A stretch of 64,000 nt of DNA, from positions 1-64,000 of IMG/VR virus record IMGVR_UViG_3300037483_000594; one strand, given 5' to 3'. Positions 9,735 through 18,262 of the stretch are shown piece by piece. Source of the DNA: a virus. How positions within the stretch are numbered: position 1 is the first letter of the stretch; each line of letters starts with the position of its first letter. The translations under genes and the position numbers were made by a program. The notes under the pieces were generated by a model. It saw nothing but the letters and a program-made list of their open reading frames with translations. It was not told where the DNA came from and did not search any database.

Positions 9735-10135
9735 GGAAACGCCGTCAAGAAGGACAGCAAATGAAGAAGCTAAGTGACTGTGTTGTCAGGTTCACAAACT
9801 TTGATGTGAGCGTGACATCACAAGGAAAGAAGCACCTAGCCCTGATTTTGGGGCTTGTGACCGACAACGGGAAACCTGGCGCCTTGTCCGCGGACCTGAC
9901 CGGAGGGTCCTTGGTCCTCTACAACGACCAAAGCGGGTCACCGCTGCTCTTCAAGCTTTCCGGGGAGGCGCTCGTCGAGTACGTGTGGGCCTTCCTCGCA
10001 AGTGCGACGTACCCCGAAGAACCAGTCGACTTCGGCGGGATGTCCGGCAAGGGGTGGAAGGTCGCCACTGTCTCCGACGCCCAGGTCTTGTGCATAGTAA
10101 CCCCGACGCTGGCACTTTTTCATAAGTGAGGAAAC
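9708..10135 (+). repeat. 33-bp direct repeat (9708-9740 / 10103-10135, 1 mismatch)
   Basis: CCGACG(T/C)TGGCACTTTTTCATAAGTGAGGAAAC at the end of both genes. Confidence 0.9.
9761..10129 (+). CDS. Hypothetical protein, paralogue of the previous gene
   Basis: Same shared motifs as 9390-9734. Confidence 0.75.
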   Translation: MKKLSDCVVRFTNFDVSVTSQGKKHLALILGLVTDNGKPGALSADLTGGSLVLYNDQSGSPLLFKLSGEALVEYVWAFLASATYPEEPVDFGGMSGKGWKVATVSDAQVLCIVTPTLALFHK

Positions 10136-10960
10136 ATGCGTAATGTACAAGCTATCGTGACCCACGGGGGCGTGGCCCACATGGACGACTTCCTGGCCGT
10201 GTGTGTGGGACTGCACTTCTGTCCCTTGGTTGACTTTGTGCACCGGAGGGACCCGGCCCTCGGGGAGCTCCAGGCGCCCGAGGTGCTTGTCCTGGACGTT
10301 GGGATGCGTTACGAGCCGGAACTGCGGAACTTTGACCACCATCAGCTCAAGGGGGAGTGCGCGCTCTCCCTGTTCGCAGCAGCGGTCAAGGTACACGGTG
10401 TCCCCCTTTCGGATGTGTTCTCGCACTACCCTTGGTACGAGAACCTGCGGGTAGGGGACTCTGAGGGTCCTGTGGCCCTGGCTACCATGCACGGGGTCTC
10501 GGTAAAGACCCTTCACGCCCTGCGGTCCCCCCTGGACCGTATGCTCCTCACCCTCTTCCAGGCCGGGGTCCTCGAAACCGGTATGCTCCGCGCCCTGGGC
10601 ACCGGGCTCGTGGAGGGTGCGCTGACCGACGCGCTGGCCTACCTCGCCATCGACTACGCGACCAAGCCCCTCTTGCTGGGCGGGGTACCAGGAATCCTCG
10701 TGAACTCCACCTCGGTGGCTGGGCTGCGCCACTGGCGGGAAAGGCATGTGCCTGACGCCGCGTTCTCCATCTCCCGGGACGACCGTGGTCCGGGATGGGC
10801 CCTCTTCCGCTTCGACGATGACCCACGGGTGGACTTCACCCGGATCAAGGACGACCACAACGTGACCTTCTGTCACAACAACGGCTTCATTGCCAAGACC
10901 GCGGACGTGAGCCTCCAGCTCGTGGAACAGCTCGTCACCGAGGCCCTGGTGCTGCCGTGA
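10136..10960 (+). CDS. MYG1-family (DHH) exonuclease/hydrolase
   Basis: THGGVAHMDD, DVG, FDHHQ and FCHNNGF motifs. Confidence 0.85.
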   Translation: MRNVQAIVTHGGVAHMDDFLAVCVGLHFCPLVDFVHRRDPALGELQAPEVLVLDVGMRYEPELRNFDHHQLKGECALSLFAAAVKVHGVPLSDVFSHYPWYENLRVGDSEGPVALATMHGVSVKTLHALRSPLDRMLLTLFQAGVLETGMLRALGTGLVEGALTDALAYLAIDYATKPLLLGGVPGILVNSTSVAGLRHWRERHVPDAAFSISRDDRGPGWALFRFDDDPRVDFTRIKDDHNVTFCHNNGFIAKTADVSLQLVEQLVTEALVLP

Positions 10961-11202
10961 ACGGCCCGTACAGGACCCCGTGTGTCCCGGAGACCCGCAG
11001 AGTTAGCCTACTCGAGCGCGTCCTGGTGTACGTGACGTGGCTCCGGGAGGTGGCTGTCTTTGCCGTTGTCTTCCTCGTTCTCCACTCGGCTGATGATTGG
11101 GAGGGCCACCCAGACTACAAAAGCTTCTTTTCTAAGCGCGTCGCCCCATATTGGGTAAGCCTCAGCGATGTGGAAAAGCGCTATCAAAACAGGCGTAAAT
11201 AG
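10957..11202 (+). CDS. Small membrane protein
   Basis: One hydrophobic stretch; GTGA overlap. Confidence 0.5.
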   Translation: MNGPYRTPCVPETRRVSLLERVLVYVTWLREVAVFAVVFLVLHSADDWEGHPDYKSFFSKRVAPYWVSLSDVEKRYQNRRK

Positions 11203-11218
11203 TACGCTAGGAGAAACA

Positions 11219-11569
11219 ATGACAGAAGAAACGGTTGAACTCGCACTCGCGGAGATTGACTTCGCACTTATCCAGGCAAACATCAACAGCCTCGACCAAG
11301 AGGCCTTCTACGCCGAGGTCACGTGGCACCACCGTGACGGTACCGAACTCTCCATCGCTGTCCTGTCCGGGTTCATGCTCGCCAAAATCCATGAGCACCA
11401 CCTGTCCCCACAGATCCAGTACGCTAGACCCTCTCTTGGCTGTTTCGGAGACCTGATCACCGCTGAAGAAAACGGGGTCCCCTTCCTCCCCCCGGGCGAA
11501 GCCGACCACCTTGTGGACGAGATACGCCTGCTCGAGACCAAACAACTGGTCACCATCCGCACTGTCTAG
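11219..11569 (+). CDS. Hypothetical protein
   Basis: AGGAG RBS. Confidence 0.65.
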   Translation: MTEETVELALAEIDFALIQANINSLDQEAFYAEVTWHHRDGTELSIAVLSGFMLAKIHEHHLSPQIQYARPSLGCFGDLITAEENGVPFLPPGEADHLVDEIRLLETKQLVTIRTV

Positions 11570-11665
11570 GAAGCCCGTGGAGGTCGCCAAGCAGGCCACC
11601 ACACCTCGTGCGCGCCACTCATCAAAAAGTGGTGATGCACATCTGTCATAGCTGAAGAAACTGTC

Positions 11666-11715
11666 TTGATCACTGATCAGTGACTGATCATAATGGGGGG
11701 TATGACCACTGATCA
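11666..11715 (+). promoter_or_regulatory. Sigma70-type promoter overlaid by four TGATCA boxes
   Basis: TTGATC(11666)-N17-CATAAT(11689); TGATCA at 11667, 11674, 11685 and 11710; perfect palindrome TCACTGATCAGTGA at 11670-11683. Confidence 0.7.
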
Positions 11716-12142
11716 GATAGAGGCTGGGGTTGTCCGTACCTCCTCGGGGTGTTGGCTTTGGAAGTTTGCCAAGACCACGGAGGGGTACGGGCAGCTCCGG
11801 GTGGGGGGGAAGAGGGAGTACACGCACCGGGTGGTCTGGGCAGCACGGCACGGGCCGGTGCCCAGTACCCATTACGTGAGGCACCTTTGCCACCACCCCT
11901 CGTGCTGCAACCCTGAGCACCTGGCCTTGACCCGGAAGGGGGAGGGTATCCCCCTAACCCCGGAGAGAGTGGGGCCCCCCTTCCCGAGGGAGAAGCGCTA
12001 CAGGGTTCCCCCGGAGGTGGTGTTGGCCGTCCGGGAGAGGGGGGAGGTGGGTTGGACTGTCCGGGAGCTGGCCGAGCACTTCGGCTTGTCCCGGAACACT
12101 GTGCGCAGCTACCTGCGCTGGAGAACGCGGAAAGATGGCTAG
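11702..12142 (+). CDS. HNH endonuclease with C-terminal HTH
   Basis: SGCWLW, GYG, HRVVW, VRHLCHHPSCCNPEHL; C-terminal TVRELAEHFGLSRNTVRSYL. Confidence 0.9.
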   Translation: MTTDQIEAGVVRTSSGCWLWKFAKTTEGYGQLRVGGKREYTHRVVWAARHGPVPSTHYVRHLCHHPSCCNPEHLALTRKGEGIPLTPERVGPPFPREKRYRVPPEVVLAVRERGEVGWTVRELAEHFGLSRNTVRSYLRWRTRKDG

Positions 12143-12476
12143 GTACCAAGTGCCCCTCGACAAGTTCGACGGGGTGATGAGCTATCCGGAGATGCCCCTG
12201 CACGGCCCTACCAAGTGGGTCGACGCCTCCTACGAGTTCCAGGGCACCCTGCTCCTCAAGACGTATGAGCGAGGACGCTCTGCCGCCAGGTTCCTGTTCA
12301 GTAACGCCGAACGCCCGGAGCAAACCTTTCCCTTTGCCATGGCAGCCATGGCCGACATGCTTCACCAGGTCACCCTGGAACGCGGGAAGGTCTCCGGAAG
12401 GTTTGGTGTCCGGAAGCAGGGGCAGAACTACAGCATGGTGTACCTCGGCCCATTGGAGGTGACATGTACTTCGTAA
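12135..12476 (+). CDS. Phage hypothetical protein
   Basis: Coupled ORF with RGRSAARF and KQGQNY motifs. Confidence 0.7.
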   Translation: MARYQVPLDKFDGVMSYPEMPLHGPTKWVDASYEFQGTLLLKTYERGRSAARFLFSNAERPEQTFPFAMAAMADMLHQVTLERGKVSGRFGVRKQGQNYSMVYLGPLEVTCTS

Positions 12477-12892
12477 AACGTGGGGTGTCGTGGGCTTCCT
12501 GCGAGACGTGGGACGGACTGGTGTCGATGGTGTCCAAGGGCCTCCATCTCGAGGTGATGGAGGGAGAGCCACTCCCCCCGGAAAAGAAACAGCAGCTCGA
12601 GATAGAAGCGGCCAGCCAAGCCGTGAGCGTGAGCGACGCGCGCCGTCTTCACGCTGAGGCGTACGCCCTCCTCTTCAAGGTCCGGCAGTACACAGTAGCT
12701 CGCGAGACCCTGCGGGAAGCGTCTGTTGACAGTGGGAAGCTCGACACCCTGCTGAGAGAGGCGGAAGGTGCTTTCGCGAGAGCACTCTCCGATCTCCGGA
12801 GGTACGAACCCCCGGGTTCGCAGTGGGCCGGTCTTTCGGAGGAGGAGTGGCAACGCATGTGGTGCGACAACCCCAACGCCTTCTGGAGGTAA
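12464..12892 (+). CDS. Tandem paralogue family member 1
   Basis: GGAGGTGAC-ATG; MYFVK...TWDGLV...EEEWQRMWCDNPNAFWR. Confidence 0.8.
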   Translation: MYFVKRGVSWASCETWDGLVSMVSKGLHLEVMEGEPLPPEKKQQLEIEAASQAVSVSDARRLHAEAYALLFKVRQYTVARETLREASVDSGKLDTLLREAEGAFARALSDLRRYEPPGSQWAGLSEEEWQRMWCDNPNAFWR

Positions 12893-12893
12893 C

Positions 12894-13340
12894 ATGTACT
12901 TCGCGAACTTAGGGGGCTGGGAGTTTTTTGACACCTGGGAAGACCTGGTCACAGGAGTGGCCAAGTCTGGGCTGAAGGACCCGGAAGTGATGTCCGGGGT
13001 ACAGCTCTTTCCGGAGAAGCTTCACGCACTCCGACTCGCTGTGGGAGCGCGGACCGAGAGCATGGACGAGTCCCACAAGCTCTTTGAAAAGGCGTTCAGT
13101 CTTTTGTCCAAGGTGCAGGAGTGGGAAACAGCGCTCGGCATCATGCGTGGGGCTGCGGAAGGACGTCTCACCCCGGACATTGAGCGGCTCTCCGCCCTGA
13201 CCGGGGAGGCCAAGGACACCCTTTCCAAAACGTTGCGTGTCCTTCGGGTGCACGAGTCCCCAGACTCCAAGTGGAAAGGGGACACTGAGGAGGAGTGGCA
13301 GGTACGGTGGTGCAACAACCCACGCGCTTTTCGGAGGTAA
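12894..13340 (+). CDS. Tandem paralogue family member 2
   Basis: GGAGGTAAC-ATG; MYFAN...TWEDLV...EEEWQVRWCNNPRAFRR. Confidence 0.8.
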   Translation: MYFANLGGWEFFDTWEDLVTGVAKSGLKDPEVMSGVQLFPEKLHALRLAVGARTESMDESHKLFEKAFSLLSKVQEWETALGIMRGAAEGRLTPDIERLSALTGEAKDTLSKTLRVLRVHESPDSKWKGDTEEEWQVRWCNNPRAFRR

Positions 13341-13341
13341 C

Positions 13342-13737
13342 GTGTATTTTGTAAAGACCCCTGGGCTCCGTCCTTGTGCTACCTGGGAGAAGCTGGTGGA
13401 GACCGTGGCCTCACGGAGGGTCATAACCCCTGTGGCAGAGGCCTACCCGCTCACCCCGGAGCAGGTGAAGCAGCTCCAAGAGGACGTAGCCGCGCGTAAG
13501 AACTCGGCAGCACATCGCCTTTACGAAGAGGCGGTGGCCTTGTGGCAGAAGGAACAGCGGTACAAGAACGCGCTCGCGATTCTTCAAAAGTCATCGTTGA
13601 AAAGCGAGGCGCTCTCTGCACTGCTCTTCGAGACCAGCGAGGCTCTCCGCGCAAAGCTTCGTGAACTGCGCCCCTACTACAACAAAAGAGGGTGGCAAAA
13701 GAGCTGGCGTGCTAACCCGCACGCCTTCTGGAGGTAA
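13342..13737 (+). CDS. Tandem paralogue family member 3
   Basis: GGAGGTAAC-GTG; MYFVK...TWEKLV...WQKSWRANPHAFWR. Confidence 0.8.
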   Translation: MYFVKTPGLRPCATWEKLVETVASRRVITPVAEAYPLTPEQVKQLQEDVAARKNSAAHRLYEEAVALWQKEQRYKNALAILQKSSLKSEALSALLFETSEALRAKLRELRPYYNKRGWQKSWRANPHAFWR

Positions 13738-13738
13738 C

Positions 13739-14200
13739 ATGTACTTCGCGAAGCTAGGGAGCTGCTGGTACACCTATGACACCCGTGAGAAGCTGCTCGA
13801 CGACATGGTAGGGTTCAAGCAGCCTACGGCGCGTGTGATGTGGGCTGTCCCCCTGCCCGTGGAGGAGAAGACCGCGCTCCAAAACGACGTTCGCATGCTG
13901 CTGGAAGAGCAGGAGCAGCGGGCGGAAGTGAGCTACGCTCTGCGTGCGAAGGCCTGTGAACTGGTCGACACCCTGAGGGAGTACGAGCAGGCGAACAAGC
14001 TGCTGGTCAGGGTCGGAAGAGACCAGCTCGACGCCTCCGGTACCGACGCCGAGCTTACGGGGGTTCTCTCCGAGCTTTGGCGGGTTCTCAAGAGAGACGA
14101 CGTCTGTCTTCTTGCGGACACCGAAGCAGACTGGCAAGCCAGGTGGCGAGAAGCTCCCGAAGTCATGATCGACGTGGCGCAGCGGGCGCTGCACCGTTAG
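13739..14200 (+). CDS. Tandem paralogue family member 4
   Basis: GGAGGTAAC-ATG; MYFAK...TREKLL...WQARWREAP. Confidence 0.8.
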   Translation: MYFAKLGSCWYTYDTREKLLDDMVGFKQPTARVMWAVPLPVEEKTALQNDVRMLLEEQEQRAEVSYALRAKACELVDTLREYEQANKLLVRVGRDQLDASGTDAELTGVLSELWRVLKRDDVCLLADTEADWQARWREAPEVMIDVAQRALHR

Positions 14201-14209
14201 GAGGTTCCT

Positions 14210-14938
14210 GTGAAGTGGTTTTGCTACGACCCTCTTGGTGACGGTTTTGTGTTGTTCGACTCACCCCAAAAGGCAGAGAACGCAGCGCAAGAGGCGCTTG
14301 CGTTTTGTGCCGACGCTGCCGCTGACGACGGTTGGCCGGAGGAAACGCCCCTGATCTGTTGGGGCGCGGTCCACGGCCAGGTGCGGAAGACCTCCTCTCG
14401 CCCAGACCCGGACGGGCGGTGGGACACCATCGACGAGTACGAACTCGTCAACACGGAGTCGGCGTGCTCTGCGTACCTGGCCAAAAGCTCTTCGGAGTGT
14501 TGGCGCGAGCACCAAACCATGGACGAGCTCATCCAAGAGCTGAGCTTCTTCTCCCCGGACGGGCTCCTTGTACTGCAGGGAGTTCCCTTCAGTGCCGAAG
14601 AGGAAGCCACTATCCGCAGCAAAGTGCTCGAGCGCCGAGAAGCGCGAGACAACCAGGCGCGTGCAGCGTTCACAGCCCTCGCTGAGGTGCGCACACTTTT
14701 CAAAAAGTGGAGTGCGCTCTCCGTAGCAAACGCGGAGATGGGCAAGGCAGGGCTACCGCCGATCGACGGCGTGGTGGAGGAGACTGACGTAGCGCTTACC
14801 CTAGCGCTGGGGACCTTGTGGAACACGCTCAGTGGGGTGCAGGGCCGCCCGCCCTCTGCTGAGGCCTGGCTGGCAGAGTGGCGGAAAGACCCTGACACTA
14901 TGTTCGAGAGGGTGCACGATGTGGTCTTTAGTATCTGA
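14210..14938 (+). CDS. Fusion of an acidic phage domain to the paralogue-family domain (member 5)
   Basis: N-terminus WFCYDP...DGWPEE...ICWG; C-terminus YLAK...TMDELI...WLAEWRKDP. Confidence 0.7.
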   Translation: MKWFCYDPLGDGFVLFDSPQKAENAAQEALAFCADAAADDGWPEETPLICWGAVHGQVRKTSSRPDPDGRWDTIDEYELVNTESACSAYLAKSSSECWREHQTMDELIQELSFFSPDGLLVLQGVPFSAEEEATIRSKVLERREARDNQARAAFTALAEVRTLFKKWSALSVANAEMGKAGLPPIDGVVEETDVALTLALGTLWNTLSGVQGRPPSAEAWLAEWRKDPDTMFERVHDVVFSI

Positions 14939-15425
14939 GGACGGCTACTACAGAACCTACGAGTCGGAAGAGGAGATGCTCTCCGCGCTCTCCCTGAGGT
15001 CGGACCTCGAAACCGTGGGGATCTGCCGGTCGCGGAAGGTCCCCACGGCGTCACGAAAGAAGTTCGTGGAGCGTGCACTCACCATGGCGCGGGAGAGGGC
15101 CGAGTACAACAGCATGATGAAAGCCCGGTTCGCCGAGGCAGCGGAGGCCAGGGCCGACCTGAAGGACCTCGTGATAACCATGAACACCCTCAGCGCCCTG
15201 GGCCTCCCGCAGCACGTAGACCTGGGCGAGCATGAGCGTGACCTCGAGCGCAAGTTTCGCAAGGCTCTGGACGCGGTGTGGGAAAAAGCCTCCCTCGGCG
15301 CCCGTGGCAACTTCGCGGGCAAAGAGGCGTGGCAAGAGCTCTGGTGGCAAAGCCCTGTCGGCTCGCTCACGTACCACGCTTTCGTGTTCCCGGAGGACTG
15401 GATTGTAGAGTGCGCCAATGATTAG
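14919..15425 (+). CDS. Paralogue family member 6
   Basis: MWSLVS...YESEEEMLSAL...WQELWWQSP; closest to 16095-16577. Confidence 0.75.
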   Translation: MWSLVSEDGYYRTYESEEEMLSALSLRSDLETVGICRSRKVPTASRKKFVERALTMARERAEYNSMMKARFAEAAEARADLKDLVITMNTLSALGLPQHVDLGEHERDLERKFRKALDAVWEKASLGARGNFAGKEAWQELWWQSPVGSLTYHAFVFPEDWIVECAND

Positions 15426-15435
15426 CCCCAAGGTC

Positions 15436-15891
15436 ATGTATGGCGTCATCGTCGACAACAAGTGGGTGCCCTGGGCAACTGCCGAGACCCTTCCGGAACT
15501 CGTCGAGGTCCTGCTCGAGTACAACGAGAACGACATTCCGGAGAACGTGGAGGTGTATAGAATTCAAAAAGTGACGGGGGCAAGCACCGCGGTAAGCTCA
15601 CTTCTTAAAAAGCGGCGGGGGGAAGAGGAAGCAAGGCGAGAGCGGTTCTACAACGCCATGCACCAGGTGGCCGAGCTTTTTGAGGCGGAGAAGCTGGCAG
15701 AGGAAACGCTGAAGCTTGCAGACCCGGTCTACTCGGAGGACAGGTGGATTGTGGACGACATCACTAGGCACCTTGCGACCGTGCGGAAGGAGCTGGACAT
15801 AGCGGTGGAGAAGGCGTGGGGGTTGGTTAGGCCTGGGGGCTACAAAAGCAAGGAGGAGTGGGTGAGGGCGTGTCTACCCAAAACCCGCTAG
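15436..15891 (+). CDS. Paralogue family member 7
   Basis: MYGVIVD...AWGLVRPGGYKSKEEWV; closest to 16579-17004. Start may be 15418. Confidence 0.75.
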   Translation: MYGVIVDNKWVPWATAETLPELVEVLLEYNENDIPENVEVYRIQKVTGASTAVSSLLKKRRGEEEARRERFYNAMHQVAELFEAEKLAEETLKLADPVYSEDRWIVDDITRHLATVRKELDIAVEKAWGLVRPGGYKSKEEWVRACLPKTR

Positions 15892-16091
15892 CGCGTGAAA
15901 GGTGGCGTGTTGGTGACCTTGTCCACCGAAAAGCAAGTACACGTGTGGTTTGGCGTGTGTTCGGAGTGCACGAGCGTGACCAGCTTGCTGCCCTGTTGGA
16001 CCTCGAGCTGATAGACACCGGGGCAGGCCCCCCGGCAAAGCCGCTGAAGTGCCGAACATCCGCCGAAGACTGTAGGAAAGCAGAGGGGTGA
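15870..16091 (+). CDS. Small hypothetical protein
   Basis: Fills the gap between paralogues; WRVGDLV motif. Confidence 0.45.
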   Translation: MSTQNPLARERWRVGDLVHRKASTRVVWRVFGVHERDQLAALLDLELIDTGAGPPAKPLKCRTSAEDCRKAEG

Positions 16092-16094
16092 CCT

Positions 16095-16577
16095 ATGTGG
16101 CTTTTAGCATCTGTTAGTGGGCCCCTCGGCATGTATGAGAGCGAGGCGCAGCTTGTCTCCGCACTTGCCGAGCGGGAGGACATGGCGGACCTGCTGGTCT
16201 ACCGGGTGATCAGGCTGTCCGAGCTTAGCCAGGCGGCCCAGTTGGCGCAGGCACAGGAACTGGGCAAGGAGCGCACAGCGCACGCGGAGGAAGTGCAGCG
16301 CCTGTTCACCGAGGCGAACACGACCCGCCTGGCACTGAAAGACGTCGAAACAACCACGAAGGTGCTTCGGCGCGTCAACGGGCGAACCACTGTGGCTCTG
16401 AAGAACTACGAGGACAGCCTGGCGTTTCTGCTGACCGAGTGCCTGGACAAGATCTGGGAGCACGCCTCTCCGAAGGCGCGCAGCAAGTTCCCAAACAACA
16501 GCGTGTGGCAGGCGTGCTGGCGCGAGAACCCCTACGGTGCTGTCACGTACGAGGCCTTTCTTCGACTCGGGAGGTAA
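16095..16577 (+). CDS. Paralogue family member 8
   Basis: MWLLAS...YESEAQLVSAL...WQACWRENP. Confidence 0.75.
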   Translation: MWLLASVSGPLGMYESEAQLVSALAEREDMADLLVYRVIRLSELSQAAQLAQAQELGKERTAHAEEVQRLFTEANTTRLALKDVETTTKVLRRVNGRTTVALKNYEDSLAFLLTECLDKIWEHASPKARSKFPNNSVWQACWRENPYGAVTYEAFLRLGR

Positions 16578-16578
16578 C

Positions 16579-17004
16579 ATGTACGGTGTCCTAGTAGACG
16601 GCCAGTTGGTGGCCGCTGAGACCTCTTCCGAGCTCTTTACCAAACTGGAAGACTACCAGGACCGCCTCCCGGAAGTCGTGGAGGTAATCAAGTTTCAGAA
16701 AGCAGTACTAGCCTCCGACACACTCAACTCACTTCTCAAAAAGTGGCGGATGGTAAGGTCAGGGTTGTCGCCGAGGTACAGAGCGCTTCTGGCCGACGCA
16801 CACGCGATTCGGAAAGTGGAGAAGGAAACAGAGGAGCTGCTGAGGAACGCTCGGAAAGTACCAGAGGCGAGCCGCGTGTTATCCGAGTTGTTGGTAAAGC
16901 TCCAGGGGCAGCGAAGCACACTGTTGGATCAGGCGTGGGGGTTGGTCGAGCAGGGCAGCTACAAGAGCAAAGAGGAGTGGGTCGCCTTGTGCGCGCCAGC
17001 CTGA
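16579..17004 (+). CDS. Paralogue family member 9
   Basis: GGAGGTAAC-ATG; MYGVLVD...AWGLVEQGSYKSKEEWV. Confidence 0.75.
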   Translation: MYGVLVDGQLVAAETSSELFTKLEDYQDRLPEVVEVIKFQKAVLASDTLNSLLKKWRMVRSGLSPRYRALLADAHAIRKVEKETEELLRNARKVPEASRVLSELLVKLQGQRSTLLDQAWGLVEQGSYKSKEEWVALCAPA

Positions 17005-17009
17005 GGACT

Positions 17010-17036
17010 GGGGGTGCTCGGAACCCCCCTTTTTTT
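17010..17036 (+). terminator. Rho-independent terminator
   Basis: GGGGGT-gctcgga-ACCCCC followed by a T7 tract. Confidence 0.8.
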
Positions 17037-17038
17037 GT

Positions 17039-17044
17039 TATAAG
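17039..17044 (+). promoter_or_regulatory. TATAAG promoter-like motif
   Basis: GTTATAAGC immediately after the terminator, ~30 nt before an AAGGAG-led ATG. Confidence 0.55.
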
Positions 17045-17073
17045 CGTAGGGTACTCTTAGCCAAGGAGTCGTC

Positions 17074-17427
17074 ATGCCTCACTACGTCACCCACTTTTTA
17101 AAAGGAGAGTGGAAAATGGAAGACATCGAACGAGCAGCAGAGGGGTGTCAGGACATCGAAAAGGAGCTGCTGAACAAGGCGCGTGCCCAGCTCGACCAGT
17201 TCGCGGAGCAGGTGCTCACCGCCTACGCGGAGGAACGGCTGGCCGGGGTGGTCTACGGACAGTTGCGGCAGGGTGTCGCCCGGCTCTTCGAGTTGGGTTA
17301 CGTGGACAGTGAAGGGGCTCTCCGCATTCCGAAGGCGGTGTACGACGCTACGTGCGCGGACCTGGAAAAGCCGTTCGGGGAACTGACGCCCAAGGAGCAG
17401 GCCGAGTTCCTGGCCATGCTGCGATGA
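17074..17427 (+). CDS. Hypothetical protein
   Basis: AAGGAG RBS; alternative start at MEDIER. Confidence 0.65.
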   Translation: MPHYVTHFLKGEWKMEDIERAAEGCQDIEKELLNKARAQLDQFAEQVLTAYAEERLAGVVYGQLRQGVARLFELGYVDSEGALRIPKAVYDATCADLEKPFGELTPKEQAEFLAMLR

Positions 17428-17945
17428 ACGCGGTGGAGTTCGGGGAGAAGTACCAGTCGTGTGAAGCGGCCATGATTTGGCGAAGGAGCCTTCCGGAGGG
17501 GACCACGCAGGCAGAGGCGTACCTGCGCTGCAAACGCGGGAAGTGGACGTTTTGGCAGCTTATGCGCTTGAAGGAGTGGAGAGAGCTACGTCCGCAGCTT
17601 CGGCAGGTGCTGGAGAAGGCGGTCGCCCGTGCCCTCCGGCACAGCATGTCTTTCGGAGGCCGTCAGGCGTGGCGGGTCTGGGCCCAGGGGTGGCTGCGAG
17701 GCGAGAGGTCTGCAGCCCCAGTGTTTTCGGACGGGTTGCCTGAGAAGTTCTTCATCCCCAAAGAGCTCACTGTGCACCTCGCCTTTCTTGAGACCCCGGA
17801 CTGGGAAACCCTGGTGAACCTCGGAACCAGGATTCTGAACGGGGCAGCGCGACTGCGGGGGTTCGGTACCCCCGCTGCACGGCGGGAACAGCGCCAACAA
17901 GCCAAAGACTTCCGGGAGGTGTTTCCGGAGTGGAGAGGGGAATGA
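17424..17945 (+). CDS. 'FGEKY-SC' paralogue 1
   Basis: MNAVEFGEKYQSCEAAMIWRRSLP...FPEWRGE. Confidence 0.8.
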   Translation: MNAVEFGEKYQSCEAAMIWRRSLPEGTTQAEAYLRCKRGKWTFWQLMRLKEWRELRPQLRQVLEKAVARALRHSMSFGGRQAWRVWAQGWLRGERSAAPVFSDGLPEKFFIPKELTVHLAFLETPDWETLVNLGTRILNGAARLRGFGTPAARREQRQQAKDFREVFPEWRGE

Positions 17946-18262
17946 TAGCACTGGAGGTTCTGAAAAGGGTGGTGGAAGCCTTGTCGCACTCCGCCATTAA
18001 CCCAACACAGGAGGCTCTGCTGGCCCGCGACCTGCGGGCGGTGGCCCAGGAGCTCTGTGAACACCCAGCCCTGCAGGCGTCCTTGTCGGTCCCCGACTCC
18101 TTGCAGGCGCTGGGCAAGGCGCTGCTCAAGGTGACCCCGAGGGGTACGTGTGACACGTGCCGGTACCATCACGAAGGAGAGTGCCGCCGCTCGCCTCCTT
18201 CTGCGGGAGGGTTCCCGCACACGAACACTACGTGGTGGTGCGGGGCATGGGGGGCACCGTGA
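17942..18262 (+). CDS. Cys-rich protein (CxxC...CRRxPP...WCG)
   Basis: Motif shared with 46727-46909. Confidence 0.65.
   Translation: MIALEVLKRVVEALSHSAINPTQEALLARDLRAVAQELCEHPALQASLSVPDSLQALGKALLKVTPRGTCDTCRYHHEGECRRSPPSAGGFPHTNTTWWCGAWGAP

Noticed and set aside
12455-16590. CRISPR array or integron attC cassettes
   Set aside because: The repeats are short gene-junction sequences separated by full ORFs. There are no cas or integrase genes and no attC-like palindromes.
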